NCBI RefSeq assembly: GCF_048266365.1
Contig: NZ_JBLWZP010000010.1
Span: forward strand, 50,459-114,458
Direction: 5' to 3'
DNA length: 64,000 nucleotides
Source of the DNA: Galbibacter sp.
Lineage (GTDB): Bacteria; Bacteroidota; Bacteroidia; Flavobacteriales; Flavobacteriaceae
In this document: piece after piece, positions 41,000 through 54,248 of the stretch
How positions within the stretch are numbered: the first letter of the stretch is position 1
How the letters are laid out: each line of letters starts with the position of its first letter
Program-made: the position numbers and the translations under genes
The notes under the pieces: model-generated
The model's database searches: none
Seen by the model: only the letters and a program-made list of their open reading frames with translations
Told to the model about the DNA's origin: nothing

Positions 41000-43900
41000 A
41001 TGAAAAATAGTTTGACATTAGTAATCTGCTTGTTTTTTGCTTGGATGTCTTTTGGACAGGATCAAACAATAAGTGGTGTAGTTACTGATCAAGAAACCGG
41101 GATCCCAATTCCTGGTGCGAATGTTACGGTGCAAAATACAACCCGAGGGGTTGTGACAGATTTTGATGGAAATTATGCCGTTGAAGCTAAAACTGGTGAG
41201 GTATTAATCTTTTCCTATATTGGGTATAAGGAACAACAAGTTGTTGTAGGATCTGAAACTGTAGTGAATGTACAATTAAGTATTGCAGCTTCTGAATTGG
41301 ACGAGGTTGTTGTTGTGGGTTATGGAACTCAGAAAAAGGAAAACTTGACCGGGTCTGTAAATCAAATTAAAACTGAGGAAATTGAGGGGAAAGCTACAAC
41401 CTCTTTGACCAATGCCTTGCAGGGTGTTAGTCCTGGGCTGACCGTGATTTCTCGTCCTGGTAACGTGGGTAGTGATATGGGATCTATCAATGTTAGGGGG
41501 CGTGGGAACTTAGGGAGTTCTAATCCTTTATTTGTAGTGGACGGAATTCCGGTAAGTGCTTCGGATTTTCAACGTATCAACCCTTCGGATGTTGCTAGTA
41601 TCAGTGTTTTGAAGGATGCTGCGGCATCTGCGATATACGGTTCAAGAGCAGCATATGGTGTGCTTTTAGTTACCACCAAAAAAGGAAAAGATGGCAAAGC
41701 AGCCATTAGTTATAACACGTATTACGGTGTGCAAGCCCCTACAAACTTGCCTAATAAACTAGGTTCATATGATTACGCTACTTTGCTCAATGAAGCTAAT
41801 ATGAACGCTGGTAAATCAGCTGTTTATTCTCCTGAAGAAATGGCAATCATAAAAAATGGTTCACAACCTGATTTGTACCCTGATAATGATTGGTACGATT
41901 TGGTATATCGTAATTCTGCACCGATGACAGAACACAATATTAGTGTTTCCGGTGGCGGTGATACCCGTTATTTTGTGAGTGGTACCTTTTTCGATCAAAG
42001 TTCTTTGATTCCCGGGTCGGAGCTTGATAGATATAGCTTCCGTGCCAATACAGAAAGAGATTTTGGCGATCGCCTTACTGTTGGAACTAATATTTCATTT
42101 GTTCGTGAAGATATCGACCGCGCCGGTGCGTTTTCTACCACTGACCTTAACCGTATGACACCACTTACTGTTGCGAGACATTCTGATGGAAGTTGGGGTA
42201 GTATAACCGGCGGAAAAGTCAGTAGCGTACTTGCTGAAAATAATCCACTGAGAAGAATCGCAGAGTACGGTTGGCAGTCTAAACAACGTGAGACCTTTAT
42301 AGGGGCACTTAATGCTAGTTATAAGATTACTGATGATTTGAGTATTCGCGGAATAGGTTCCTATAAATCTTATAACCACCAACAAAATACTTTTGATAAC
42401 GAGGTGGATCCTATAACTAACTTTCTAACCAAAGAGGCTATTAATTCTACGCGTAAGACACCTAATCAACTAACCTCTCGTTGGGATCGTAGTAATACCT
42501 TGATGTTGCAAGCATTTGCAACCTATGAAAAAGACTTTGGAAAGCATTATCTAAAAGCTATGGCCGGGGTTCAGTATGAGGATTCTGATTATGAATACCT
42601 GGAGGCTTCTAGAAAATCTTTTCCTTCCAATCAATTAGGAAGTATTAATGGTGGTTCCAATTCAGCTGAAAACTTAGGGAATGCTGGTTTATTGGAAGAG
42701 GAAGCTTTTATGTCTGAGTTTGGTCGTATTAACTACAGCTATGACGGAAAGTATTTATTAGAGGCTAACGTTCGACATGATATGTCTTCTCGTTTTAACA
42801 GTAAGAATCGTTCTGGAGTATTTCCATCTTTCTCTGCAGCTTGGAGGATTTCTCAAGAGTCTTTCATGGATTCTGTAAATTGGCTTAGCAATTTAAAACT
42901 TAGAGCCTCTTGGGGTGAACTAGGTAACGTAAATAACGTGGGGTATTATGACTATTATGATGCCTTAGGTACCGGTACAGCTACAGTTATGGGTGATTCC
43001 AGAGTAGATGGTGTATGGCCCAACAAACAAGCAAATCCTGGGTTGACGTGGGAAACCGTTCAAATGACAAACTTTGGATTGGATGCGGGATTGTTTAAAA
43101 ATGCCTTAAATATTCAGTTGGATGTTTTTGACAAACAAACCAAAGATATTTTACTAAATATCCCACAACCACTAGAGTTAGGAGCAGGGGATGGAATCCC
43201 TTCTAACGCTGGTAGTGTGTCTAATAAAGGGATAGAATTCATGTTGTCTTATCGCGGTGAAATTCAAGATTTTAAATATTCCTTCTCTGGAAACTTCTCC
43301 AAAATATGGAATAAGATCGAAGATTTACACGGTATGGATGACCAGATTAACAGCTATTGGATCAATAGGGTAGGAGAATCTATCGGAGCTTTCTACATGT
43401 ACGAAGCTGATGGTCTTTTTGCAAATCAAGCTGAGGTAGAAGCTCATGCTGTGCAAGATGTAGCTACTTCTGCCGGAGATATCAGATACAAAGATTTAAA
43501 CAATGATGGCGTGATTAACGGAGATGACAGGGCTATCGTTGGTAATGACGTTCCTTATTTTACCTATGGTTTAAATTTCAACGCTTCTTATAAAGGCTTT
43601 GATTTTAATATTCAAGGCCAGGGAGTAACGGATGTATTGGTGTATTTAGATAGTGAGGCTTCACAAGCATTCTTTAACGGCTCAGGAGCTAAAGATTACC
43701 ATCTTGGTCGCTGGACTATAGATAATCCTAATCCTGCTGCGGTATATCCTCGACTTTTACCTAGTGGTGAAAATGCACACAACCAACGTTTGTCTTCATT
43801 CTGGTTGTATAACGCCTCTTACTTTAGAATTAAGAACCTAGTTCTAGGGTATACACTTCCTTCTGATGTAACTCAGAAGTTCGGAATTAACAAACTTAGA

Positions 43901-44038
43901 TTCTATGTTTCTGGAAGTAACCTTTTCACAACCAGAAGTGATTCTAGAATGGATGATTTTGATCCTGAGATGCCTTCTTCAAGAGGAAGCTACCCAGTAA
44001 TGAAGGTGTATTCATTTGGACTTAATGTTAATTTTTAA
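41000..44038 (+). CDS. SusC/RagA-family TonB-dependent outer-membrane transporter
   Basis: 1012 aa with the same architecture as 30238..33351 (DEVVVVGYG TonB box, barrel ending in F). Confidence 0.93.
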   Translation: MKNSLTLVICLFFAWMSFGQDQTISGVVTDQETGIPIPGANVTVQNTTRGVVTDFDGNYAVEAKTGEVLIFSYIGYKEQQVVVGSETVVNVQLSIAASELDEVVVVGYGTQKKENLTGSVNQIKTEEIEGKATTSLTNALQGVSPGLTVISRPGNVGSDMGSINVRGRGNLGSSNPLFVVDGIPVSASDFQRINPSDVASISVLKDAAASAIYGSRAAYGVLLVTTKKGKDGKAAISYNTYYGVQAPTNLPNKLGSYDYATLLNEANMNAGKSAVYSPEEMAIIKNGSQPDLYPDNDWYDLVYRNSAPMTEHNISVSGGGDTRYFVSGTFFDQSSLIPGSELDRYSFRANTERDFGDRLTVGTNISFVREDIDRAGAFSTTDLNRMTPLTVARHSDGSWGSITGGKVSSVLAENNPLRRIAEYGWQSKQRETFIGALNASYKITDDLSIRGIGSYKSYNHQQNTFDNEVDPITNFLTKEAINSTRKTPNQLTSRWDRSNTLMLQAFATYEKDFGKHYLKAMAGVQYEDSDYEYLEASRKSFPSNQLGSINGGSNSAENLGNAGLLEEEAFMSEFGRINYSYDGKYLLEANVRHDMSSRFNSKNRSGVFPSFSAAWRISQESFMDSVNWLSNLKLRASWGELGNVNNVGYYDYYDALGTGTATVMGDSRVDGVWPNKQANPGLTWETVQMTNFGLDAGLFKNALNIQLDVFDKQTKDILLNIPQPLELGAGDGIPSNAGSVSNKGIEFMLSYRGEIQDFKYSFSGNFSKIWNKIEDLHGMDDQINSYWINRVGESIGAFYMYEADGLFANQAEVEAHAVQDVATSAGDIRYKDLNNDGVINGDDRAIVGNDVPYFTYGLNFNASYKGFDFNIQGQGVTDVLVYLDSEASQAFFNGSGAKDYHLGRWTIDNPNPAAVYPRLLPSGENAHNQRLSSFWLYNASYFRIKNLVLGYTLPSDVTQKFGINKLRFYVSGSNLFTTRSDSRMDDFDPEMPSSRGSYPVMKVYSFGLNVNF

Positions 44039-44057
44039 TTAGAAACAACGCAGACTG

Positions 44058-45719
44058 ATGAAACAGATTAAAAAATATATAATAATATCACTTGCTCTAG
44101 TGGGAGCAAGTTGTAGCGATGATTTCTTAGACCGTGCACCACAGGATCAAATTTCCAGTGAAACGTTCTGGAAATCTGAAAGTGACGTGGAATTGGCCCT
44201 TAATGGATGCTATGCTTATGTAGGCGCTAGTGTTTATGATGCTTATAACGATGCTTATGCTGATAACTCCTATGGGCAATACCCATGGGAAAGTAATGCA
44301 ACTATTATCAGTGCAGGAACCATCGATGCCAATATGAATGATGGTTATGACTATGCCGGGATTCGTAGATTCAATTATTTCCTGGATAATATTGACAAGG
44401 CACCAGTAAGTGAAGATGTCAAAAAACAGTATACAAGCGAAGTTCGTGTGTTGCGTGCTTGGACGTATTTTAACATGGCTAAGAAATTTGGTGCAGTTCC
44501 TTTAATTAAGAATTTCTTTATCAACGGAGAAGATGTGGCAATTGCGCCTACAGCAGAATCTGAAGTGATGGATTTTGTGATCAGTGAACTTGATGCTGTT
44601 ATAGGAAATTTACCTGTTGAAAATGTATTTAAGAGTAGAGTGTCTAAAGCTGCTGCTTTGGCTTTAAAATCAAGAATTCATTTATTTAATAACCAGTTTG
44701 CAGAAGCTGCTTCAGCAGCACAGCAGGTTATGGGGCTTGGTTACGAGCTTTTCAAAGTAAGTAGCTTAAGTGCTGCAGATTTAGCTGATGATTATGCTGC
44801 TTTTGTAGATTTTGAAACCGCCGAAGAAGAGCAGAAATTCTATCTTGGTTTGGCTAGTTACCAAAAACTATTCTGGGAAGCCAATGAGGGGAATGTAGAA
44901 GTGATTATGGAAGTAGAATACATGCCGGAGAGTGCTTATGAATATTCTAGTGGAATTAATACAATTTACCTTGCGGATAATGCCGGAGGTGGATGGAGTT
45001 CAGTAACCCCTGTACAGTCTTTAGTTGACTCGTATTGGACTATTGAAGGTGAAGATTTTGTCGAGCCTTCTAAAGAAAGTAGAGCTGCCGCTTATAATAA
45101 TGGTGATTATTCTGCAGCGTATTTGGAGGAATTTAAAAATAGAGATACCAGATTGTATGCCTCCATTTTATTCCCGGGAGCAATGTGGAATGATTTACAA
45201 GACGGCTTCGAATTTTCATGGAATAAAGGAGGTAGTAACATCTCAAAAACCGGTTATAACTATCGCAAAATGGTTGATCCAAGTGAGAGCGCACAAAGCG
45301 GACAATATAAGGGACCACAAAACTTCCCGGTTATCCGTTATGCTGAGGTATTACTTACCTATGCAGAGGCTAAAAATGAAGCCTCTGGACCTTCAGGCGA
45401 AATATATGATGCCTTAGATGCTATTCGCCTTAGAGCCGGGATGCCGGCGATAGATCGTGCTGCCGTAGCTTCAAAAGATGCGTTAAGATCACTGATTCGC
45501 AATGAGCGAAGAATTGAACTTGCAGGAGAAGGATTAAGATGGGATGACATTCGTCGTTGGGGAATCAGCCAAGAGGTGATGACTTCAATTTATAGTATCG
45601 ATGGTGATTTGGCTCAGGAGAGAAGATATGATCCTAAATACATCAGACTTCCTTACCCACAAACAGCTGTGGATAGAAATCCTAATCTAAAGGATGCCCA
45701 AGAGGCCAAAGGATATTAA
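44058..45719 (+). CDS. SusD/RagB-family nutrient-binding lipoprotein
   Basis: 553 aa. Lipobox GASCS, LRAWTYFNMAKKFGAVP and ERRIELAGEGLRWDDIRRW motifs. Confidence 0.92.
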   Translation: MKQIKKYIIISLALVGASCSDDFLDRAPQDQISSETFWKSESDVELALNGCYAYVGASVYDAYNDAYADNSYGQYPWESNATIISAGTIDANMNDGYDYAGIRRFNYFLDNIDKAPVSEDVKKQYTSEVRVLRAWTYFNMAKKFGAVPLIKNFFINGEDVAIAPTAESEVMDFVISELDAVIGNLPVENVFKSRVSKAAALALKSRIHLFNNQFAEAASAAQQVMGLGYELFKVSSLSAADLADDYAAFVDFETAEEEQKFYLGLASYQKLFWEANEGNVEVIMEVEYMPESAYEYSSGINTIYLADNAGGGWSSVTPVQSLVDSYWTIEGEDFVEPSKESRAAAYNNGDYSAAYLEEFKNRDTRLYASILFPGAMWNDLQDGFEFSWNKGGSNISKTGYNYRKMVDPSESAQSGQYKGPQNFPVIRYAEVLLTYAEAKNEASGPSGEIYDALDAIRLRAGMPAIDRAAVASKDALRSLIRNERRIELAGEGLRWDDIRRWGISQEVMTSIYSIDGDLAQERRYDPKYIRLPYPQTAVDRNPNLKDAQEAKGY

Positions 45720-45799
45720 AACAAAGCATTTTTATTTAAGAAGTTAGCTCGAAAGGGCTAACTTTCTTAAATTTAACACTATACTTAAATCTAATTCCT

Positions 45800-47245
45800 A
45801 TGCAGCGTATTGCCATATTTACCAGTATTTTAATGCTCTTCGTTCAGTCTTCGTGTAAAGAAGTGAAGACCACATCTGATGGGATATCAGAGCCTGTTCA
45901 AAAGCCAAACATCGTATTTGTTCTGGCAGATGATATGGGTATTGGTGATTTGGGTAGTTACGGGCAGGAGTATATACAGACTCCTAATCTTGACCGTATG
46001 GCCGAGCAAGGGATGTTGTTTACTAACTTTTACTCCGGTAGTACTGTTTGCGCTCCATCTAGGGCAAGTCTAATGACAGGAATGCATACTGGTCATTTGA
46101 CCATTAGGGGTAATGGAGAATTTCCATTGAAACCTTCTGATACCACTATAGCTCAAATTCTTAAATCACAAGGATATCATACTGCTATGTTTGGGAAGTG
46201 GGGATTGGGACTTGAAGGGACATCAGGTTCCCCTGAGAAAAAAGGCTGGGATGAATTCACCGGACATCTTCATCACGTAGATGCCCATTTCCAAAATCCA
46301 GATTCACTTTGGTCCATAAAGGGGGGTGAGGTTCAAAAGAGTGCCATAGAAAGTGAGGTGTATGCCAATGAAATATTCAACCAAAAAGGGATTGAATTTA
46401 TAGATCGTCAAAGTAGTGATCACCCTTTTTTCCTTTTTATGTCGTATACCGTTCCCCATGCAGAATTAAGAGTGCCGGATGAGTTTTTAGAACTTTATTT
46501 GGATCAGCACGGGAATAGTATTTTTACACCGGAGAAAGCCTGGCCCCAGGGAAGACATTATGGTGGACAGGAGTATCCAAAAGCAGCCTATGCAGCCATG
46601 GTGAGCAGTGTTGATGCATATCTGGGAAGATTGTTAGAAAAATTAAAAGACAAGGGACTTGAACAAAATACCTTAGTTATTTTCACTAGCGATAATGGCA
46701 CTCATATCGAAGGTGGAAGAACTATGGAGGATGTGGCTTTTTTTAATAGTACTGCAGGTCTTAGGGGAGTGAAACGCGATCTGTATGAAGGAGGAATTCG
46801 AACCCCGCTTATTGCCTATTGGCCGGGTACCATTGCCAAAGGTAGTACAAGTCCCATAAAAGCGGCCTATTGGGATCTCCTACCAACCTTTGCTGATTTT
46901 GCAGGCTATCAAAAGCCTTTAGCTAGTGACGGAATTTCCATCGCAAATACTTTGCTCTCTAAACCACAAGATCTCGATCGTGAATTCTTGTATTGGGAAT
47001 TCCACGAAGCAGGTGGTAAAATTGCAATTCGAATGGGAGATTGGAAGGTGGTTTGGACACATCTACTCGATGAGAAAACACCGGTCAAATGTGCTGTATT
47101 CAATCTAAAGACAGACCCTTCTGAGTCCAATGATGTGGCTAGTCAACACCCGGATATTATTGAAAAGGCATATGCGATTTACAACCAACAGCATCAGAGG
47201 GCTGAAATTAAAAAGTTTGAAATTTCAATTCCTGAAGATAAATAG
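45800..47245 (+). CDS. S1-family (formylglycine-dependent) sulfatase, lipoprotein
   Basis: 481 aa. Lipobox VQSSC, LADDMG, CAPSRASLMTG (C-x-P-x-R FGly motif), GKWGLG and TSDNG. Confidence 0.92.
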   Translation: MQRIAIFTSILMLFVQSSCKEVKTTSDGISEPVQKPNIVFVLADDMGIGDLGSYGQEYIQTPNLDRMAEQGMLFTNFYSGSTVCAPSRASLMTGMHTGHLTIRGNGEFPLKPSDTTIAQILKSQGYHTAMFGKWGLGLEGTSGSPEKKGWDEFTGHLHHVDAHFQNPDSLWSIKGGEVQKSAIESEVYANEIFNQKGIEFIDRQSSDHPFFLFMSYTVPHAELRVPDEFLELYLDQHGNSIFTPEKAWPQGRHYGGQEYPKAAYAAMVSSVDAYLGRLLEKLKDKGLEQNTLVIFTSDNGTHIEGGRTMEDVAFFNSTAGLRGVKRDLYEGGIRTPLIAYWPGTIAKGSTSPIKAAYWDLLPTFADFAGYQKPLASDGISIANTLLSKPQDLDREFLYWEFHEAGGKIAIRMGDWKVVWTHLLDEKTPVKCAVFNLKTDPSESNDVASQHPDIIEKAYAIYNQQHQRAEIKKFEISIPEDK

Positions 47246-47284
47246 ATTGCGTAGCATAAATCATAAATAATCCTAATACAATAA

Positions 47285-50647
<3,363 letters not shown>

Positions 50648-50680
50648 AAATAGTTTACATAAGTCTAATTGGTTGAGTAG

Positions 50681-50716
50681 CCCCTGGAGTTCTGTGCTTC
50701 AGGGGTTATATTTTTA
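50681..50716 (+). terminator. terminator after the GH2 gene
   Basis: CCCCTGGAG-N7-CTTCAGGGG stem followed by TTATATTTTT. Overlaps the stop codon of the convergent oxidoreductase gene. Confidence 0.55.
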
Positions 50717-52081
50717 TAAATAATCTAATGGATTGGGATGCTCCCAAGGGGCTCTATAGGGTCTGGATAACAAAGTATTAGCTTGGTTGTCATCTGTAAA
50801 TAAACGCTTGTTGGGATCGTAAATAAGTGGCCGATCAAGTTCCATTGCGAGATTCGCGATAATACAACTTGCAGTAGATATATGCCCTTGTTCGACATCT
50901 GCGATTGGTTTACTTCCTTGGTCGATGGCTTTTAGAAAGTCCATCATATGATATCGGGTTGCAGGTGCAGTGTGCAGTTCAATATCCTTTTCTTGAAGAT
51001 CCTCAGGATATTGTTCTCTTTCATAGGTCACATCTTTTGTGATATGGGTCTTTCCGTCCGTTGAGATAAATTCATATTTCATGACACTGGCCTTTAAGAC
51101 GCCGTTTTCACCATAAATAAAAAGTGCCCAAGGGTATTCAGGGTCGGTTGGTGTACCCCAAGTGCGATGGTTCCAGACGCAATTGAAATCTTCGTATTCA
51201 AAAATAGCAGTTTGGCTGTCAGCAATATTGGAAAAGCCTCCCTTTTGAACATAAATGCCTCCCTGAGATTGTATACGTTTAGGCCATTTAAGATCCAACA
51301 TCCAGCGCACAGCATCTAGCATGTGGACACACATATCCCCCATGATACCATTGCTGTATTCCATACGGGTTCTCCACCAACGTTTGTGAGGTAGGCCTTT
51401 AAAAGGGAGCTTTGGAGCCGGTCCCGACCACATATCATAATCGAAGTAATTTGGAATCTCTTGAATTGTTCGCTCCCCATTGGCACGCATATGATAGTAA
51501 CAGCACATGTCCACATGGCCGATTTTTCCTAACAGTCCTGTGTCTATGATGTTTTTCTTGGCTTCCACTAGATGGGGTGTGCTTCTTCGCTGGGTTCCCA
51601 CTTGGACCACTTTGTTGTATTTCCTGGCTGCGTGAACCATGGCTTCCCCCTCCAATACATCCACACTTGTCGGTTTTTGGACATAGACATGGCATCCAGC
51701 TCGAAGGGAATCTATGGTATTAAGTGCGTGCCAATGATCTGGAGTACCAATAAGAACAATATCCATCTCTATGGAGGCAAGTAGCTTTCTGTAGTCCGTA
51801 AATAGGACAGGGGACTTAGATTGCTTATTTTTTTGCATAACCAGGCTGGCGGCCTGTGACAGCTGGTTCTTATCGACATCACACAAGGCGACTACTTCAA
51901 CATCGGTAACCTGGATGAGTCTAAAGAGGTCGCTTTTTCCGTACCAACCCGTGCCTATGAGTCCGACTCTTAATTTTTTTGAAGGGTGCATCAAATGTTG
52001 TCCGTAAGCACCATAAGTTGCATAAAGTGTGGTTGCTAGGGTAGATTTTATAAAGTGTCTGCGGTTAATGTAAAATGACAT
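50714..52081 (-). CDS. Gfo/Idh/MocA-family NAD(P)-dependent oxidoreductase with Tat signal
   Basis: 455 aa. Twin-arginine motif NRRHFIKS, Rossmann GLIGTGWYG, EKP-like VQKP motif. Confidence 0.88.
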   Translation of the reverse strand: MSFYINRRHFIKSTLATTLYATYGAYGQHLMHPSKKLRVGLIGTGWYGKSDLFRLIQVTDVEVVALCDVDKNQLSQAASLVMQKNKQSKSPVLFTDYRKLLASIEMDIVLIGTPDHWHALNTIDSLRAGCHVYVQKPTSVDVLEGEAMVHAARKYNKVVQVGTQRRSTPHLVEAKKNIIDTGLLGKIGHVDMCCYYHMRANGERTIQEIPNYFDYDMWSGPAPKLPFKGLPHKRWWRTRMEYSNGIMGDMCVHMLDAVRWMLDLKWPKRIQSQGGIYVQKGGFSNIADSQTAIFEYEDFNCVWNHRTWGTPTDPEYPWALFIYGENGVLKASVMKYEFISTDGKTHITKDVTYEREQYPEDLQEKDIELHTAPATRYHMMDFLKAIDQGSKPIADVEQGHISTASCIIANLAMELDRPLIYDPNKRLFTDDNQANTLLSRPYRAPWEHPNPLDYL

Positions 52082-52176
52082 GGTGCTTAATTTAGGTAGT
52101 AATTTACAAAATACTGTTGTAATGCTAACATGTCAAATTAATTTAAAAATCAAGGCTTATTAGTATACCACTTCAC

Positions 52177-52926
52177 TTATATGATTTTTTTAATCACTCG
52201 CAATTTGTGAGAATGACTTCTTGTATCGGTATTAAAAATTCCGGTATGGTCAATCCTGTCTATTCTCACCTTTCCATAGGCGTGAATGATATAGTTGTCC
52301 GGCATCATAATGCCAACATGAACAATATTTCCCTGGTCATCATCAAAGAAGGCGAGATCTCCTGCTTCACTTTCTTCTATAAAGCTAAGGGCTTCACCTT
52401 GGGTGGATTGTTGCGTGGCTGTTCTTAAAAGGGAATAGCCATTGAGTTTATAGACCATCTGGGTAAGGCCTGAGCTATCGATTCCAAAAGGTGTTTTCCC
52501 ACCCCATAAAAAAGGTGCATTAATGTAATTCAATGCCGTGTTAACAATATTGGCTTTTGGTTGTTTTCCTTCTATAGTTTCGCCGTCAAAATTTCCAAAG
52601 AGATAGGTAACGGCATTGATGTTGCTGCCTAATGTGATAGGTAATAGGTTGTGGTTATCATCGTAGATGAACTCTACCAGGTCACCCGATAGTTTTGGTT
52701 TTTGTTTTTGGATACTTTGGTAGATGGGTTGATCAATGAATTTATATTGATTGTTCTCAAGCCATCCTTCAAAATTATCGTATGCCAATCGTATTTTGCT
52801 CCAATGCTTTCTTTTTTCTAATACTTTGAAATGATCTCCATATAGTACCTGAGAGCAGAGTTCTGAGGTATGTAATGGTTCATTGCGTAAAGGAATGATA
52901 CTCAAATGACAAATTCCATATTGCAT
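52177..52926 (-). CDS. SH3b + NlpC/P60 (C40) family protein, nucleophile position Ser instead of Cys
   Basis: 249 aa with no signal peptide. N-terminal SH3b-like region. C40 core WGGKTPFGIDSSGLTQMVY ... GDLAFF ... IVHVGIMM ... IIHAYG. The expected DCSG reads DSSG. Confidence 0.8.
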   Translation of the reverse strand: MQYGICHLSIIPLRNEPLHTSELCSQVLYGDHFKVLEKRKHWSKIRLAYDNFEGWLENNQYKFIDQPIYQSIQKQKPKLSGDLVEFIYDDNHNLLPITLGSNINAVTYLFGNFDGETIEGKQPKANIVNTALNYINAPFLWGGKTPFGIDSSGLTQMVYKLNGYSLLRTATQQSTQGEALSFIEESEAGDLAFFDDDQGNIVHVGIMMPDNYIIHAYGKVRIDRIDHTGIFNTDTRSHSHKLRVIKKII

Positions 52927-52949
52927 TTACTAGTTATTTGTAGGGGTAA

Positions 52950-54125
52950 TTAATTTCTTTCTAAGACCATTGCTGAAGCTCCGCCACCACCATTACATAT
53001 AGCAGCTGCTCCGTATTTAGCATTATTTTGGTCCAATACGCTCATTAATGTAATAAGGATCCTCACTCCGGAACAACCAAGTGGATGTCCGAGTGCAACA
53101 GCACCTCCATTGACATTCACCTTGGTGTTGGCAATGTTTAATATTTTCATATTTGCAAGCGCTACAACAGAGAAGGCCTCGTTGAACTCAAAGAAATCGA
53201 TATCCTCTACTTTTAGATTTGTTTTGGCTAGGGCTTTTGGTAAGGCTTTCGCCGGGGCGGTAGTAAACCAATTTGGTTCCCCGGCAGCATCCGCGTAGCT
53301 TAGTATAGTGGCTAAAGGTGTTATTCCCATTTCTTTTGCTTTATCCTCGCTCATTAATACTACTGCTGCGGCACCGTCGTTGATGGTGGATGCATTGGCT
53401 GCGGTTACTGTTCCGTCTTTGGTAAATGCGGCTCTTAAGCTTGGGATTCTATCTAATTTTACATTTTTAAATTCTTCATCTTCGGAGATGATAAGTGGGT
53501 CTCCTTTGCGTTGTGGAACTTCCACAGGAATGACTTCTTGCTCGAACTTGCCTTGTTCCCAAGCCTTTGCTGAACGCTTATAGGATTCAATGGCATAGGC
53601 ATCTTGATCCTCTCTTGAGAAGTTGTATTCTGCGGCACAGTCATCTGCACAAACGCCCATGGCATTTTGATCATACGCATCTACAAGACCGTCTTTTTGA
53701 AGTCCGTCAATCATTTGGGCAGGTCCGAATTTCGTTCCAGTTCTCATGTGTACATAATGTGGAATCATACTCATATTTTCCATTCCTCCAGCTACAATGA
53801 TGGAAGCGTCTCCTAAGGCAATAGCTTGAGCAGCTTGCATCACAGCTTTCATTCCACTGGCACAAACTTTGTTGACTGTAGTGCAAGGAACTGTATTTGG
53901 AATACCGGCGTAAAGTGCGGCTTGTCGAGCGGGAGCTTGTCCTTCTCCTGCTTGGACAACATTACCCATAAGAACCTCTTCAACCACATTCGGATCTAAC
54001 GCTATTTTCTCTAAAGCACCCTTTATGGCAAAGGCGCCCAATTTAGGAGCGGGAATGGAAGAGAGTTTTCCTAGAAAACTTCCGATTGGGGTTCTGGCAG
54101 CGGAAACTATGACTACTTTATTCAT
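52950..54125 (-). CDS. acetyl-CoA C-acetyltransferase (thiolase II)
   Basis: 391 aa. VNKVCASGMKAV (active Cys), NGGAVALGHPLGCSG, CNGGGGASAM. Confidence 0.95.
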   Translation of the reverse strand: MNKVVIVSAARTPIGSFLGKLSSIPAPKLGAFAIKGALEKIALDPNVVEEVLMGNVVQAGEGQAPARQAALYAGIPNTVPCTTVNKVCASGMKAVMQAAQAIALGDASIIVAGGMENMSMIPHYVHMRTGTKFGPAQMIDGLQKDGLVDAYDQNAMGVCADDCAAEYNFSREDQDAYAIESYKRSAKAWEQGKFEQEVIPVEVPQRKGDPLIISEDEEFKNVKLDRIPSLRAAFTKDGTVTAANASTINDGAAAVVLMSEDKAKEMGITPLATILSYADAAGEPNWFTTAPAKALPKALAKTNLKVEDIDFFEFNEAFSVVALANMKILNIANTKVNVNGGAVALGHPLGCSGVRILITLMSVLDQNNAKYGAAAICNGGGGASAMVLERN

Positions 54126-54248
54126 GATACACTATTTTGTTGTTGCGAATTTAAATAATTTAAAAAGATAATCATAGGAAGTTGATTTTAATTAAATGCT
54201 AATGAGGAGGCTAATTTTTGTTACATTTGAATAATAATAGCAATTCGA

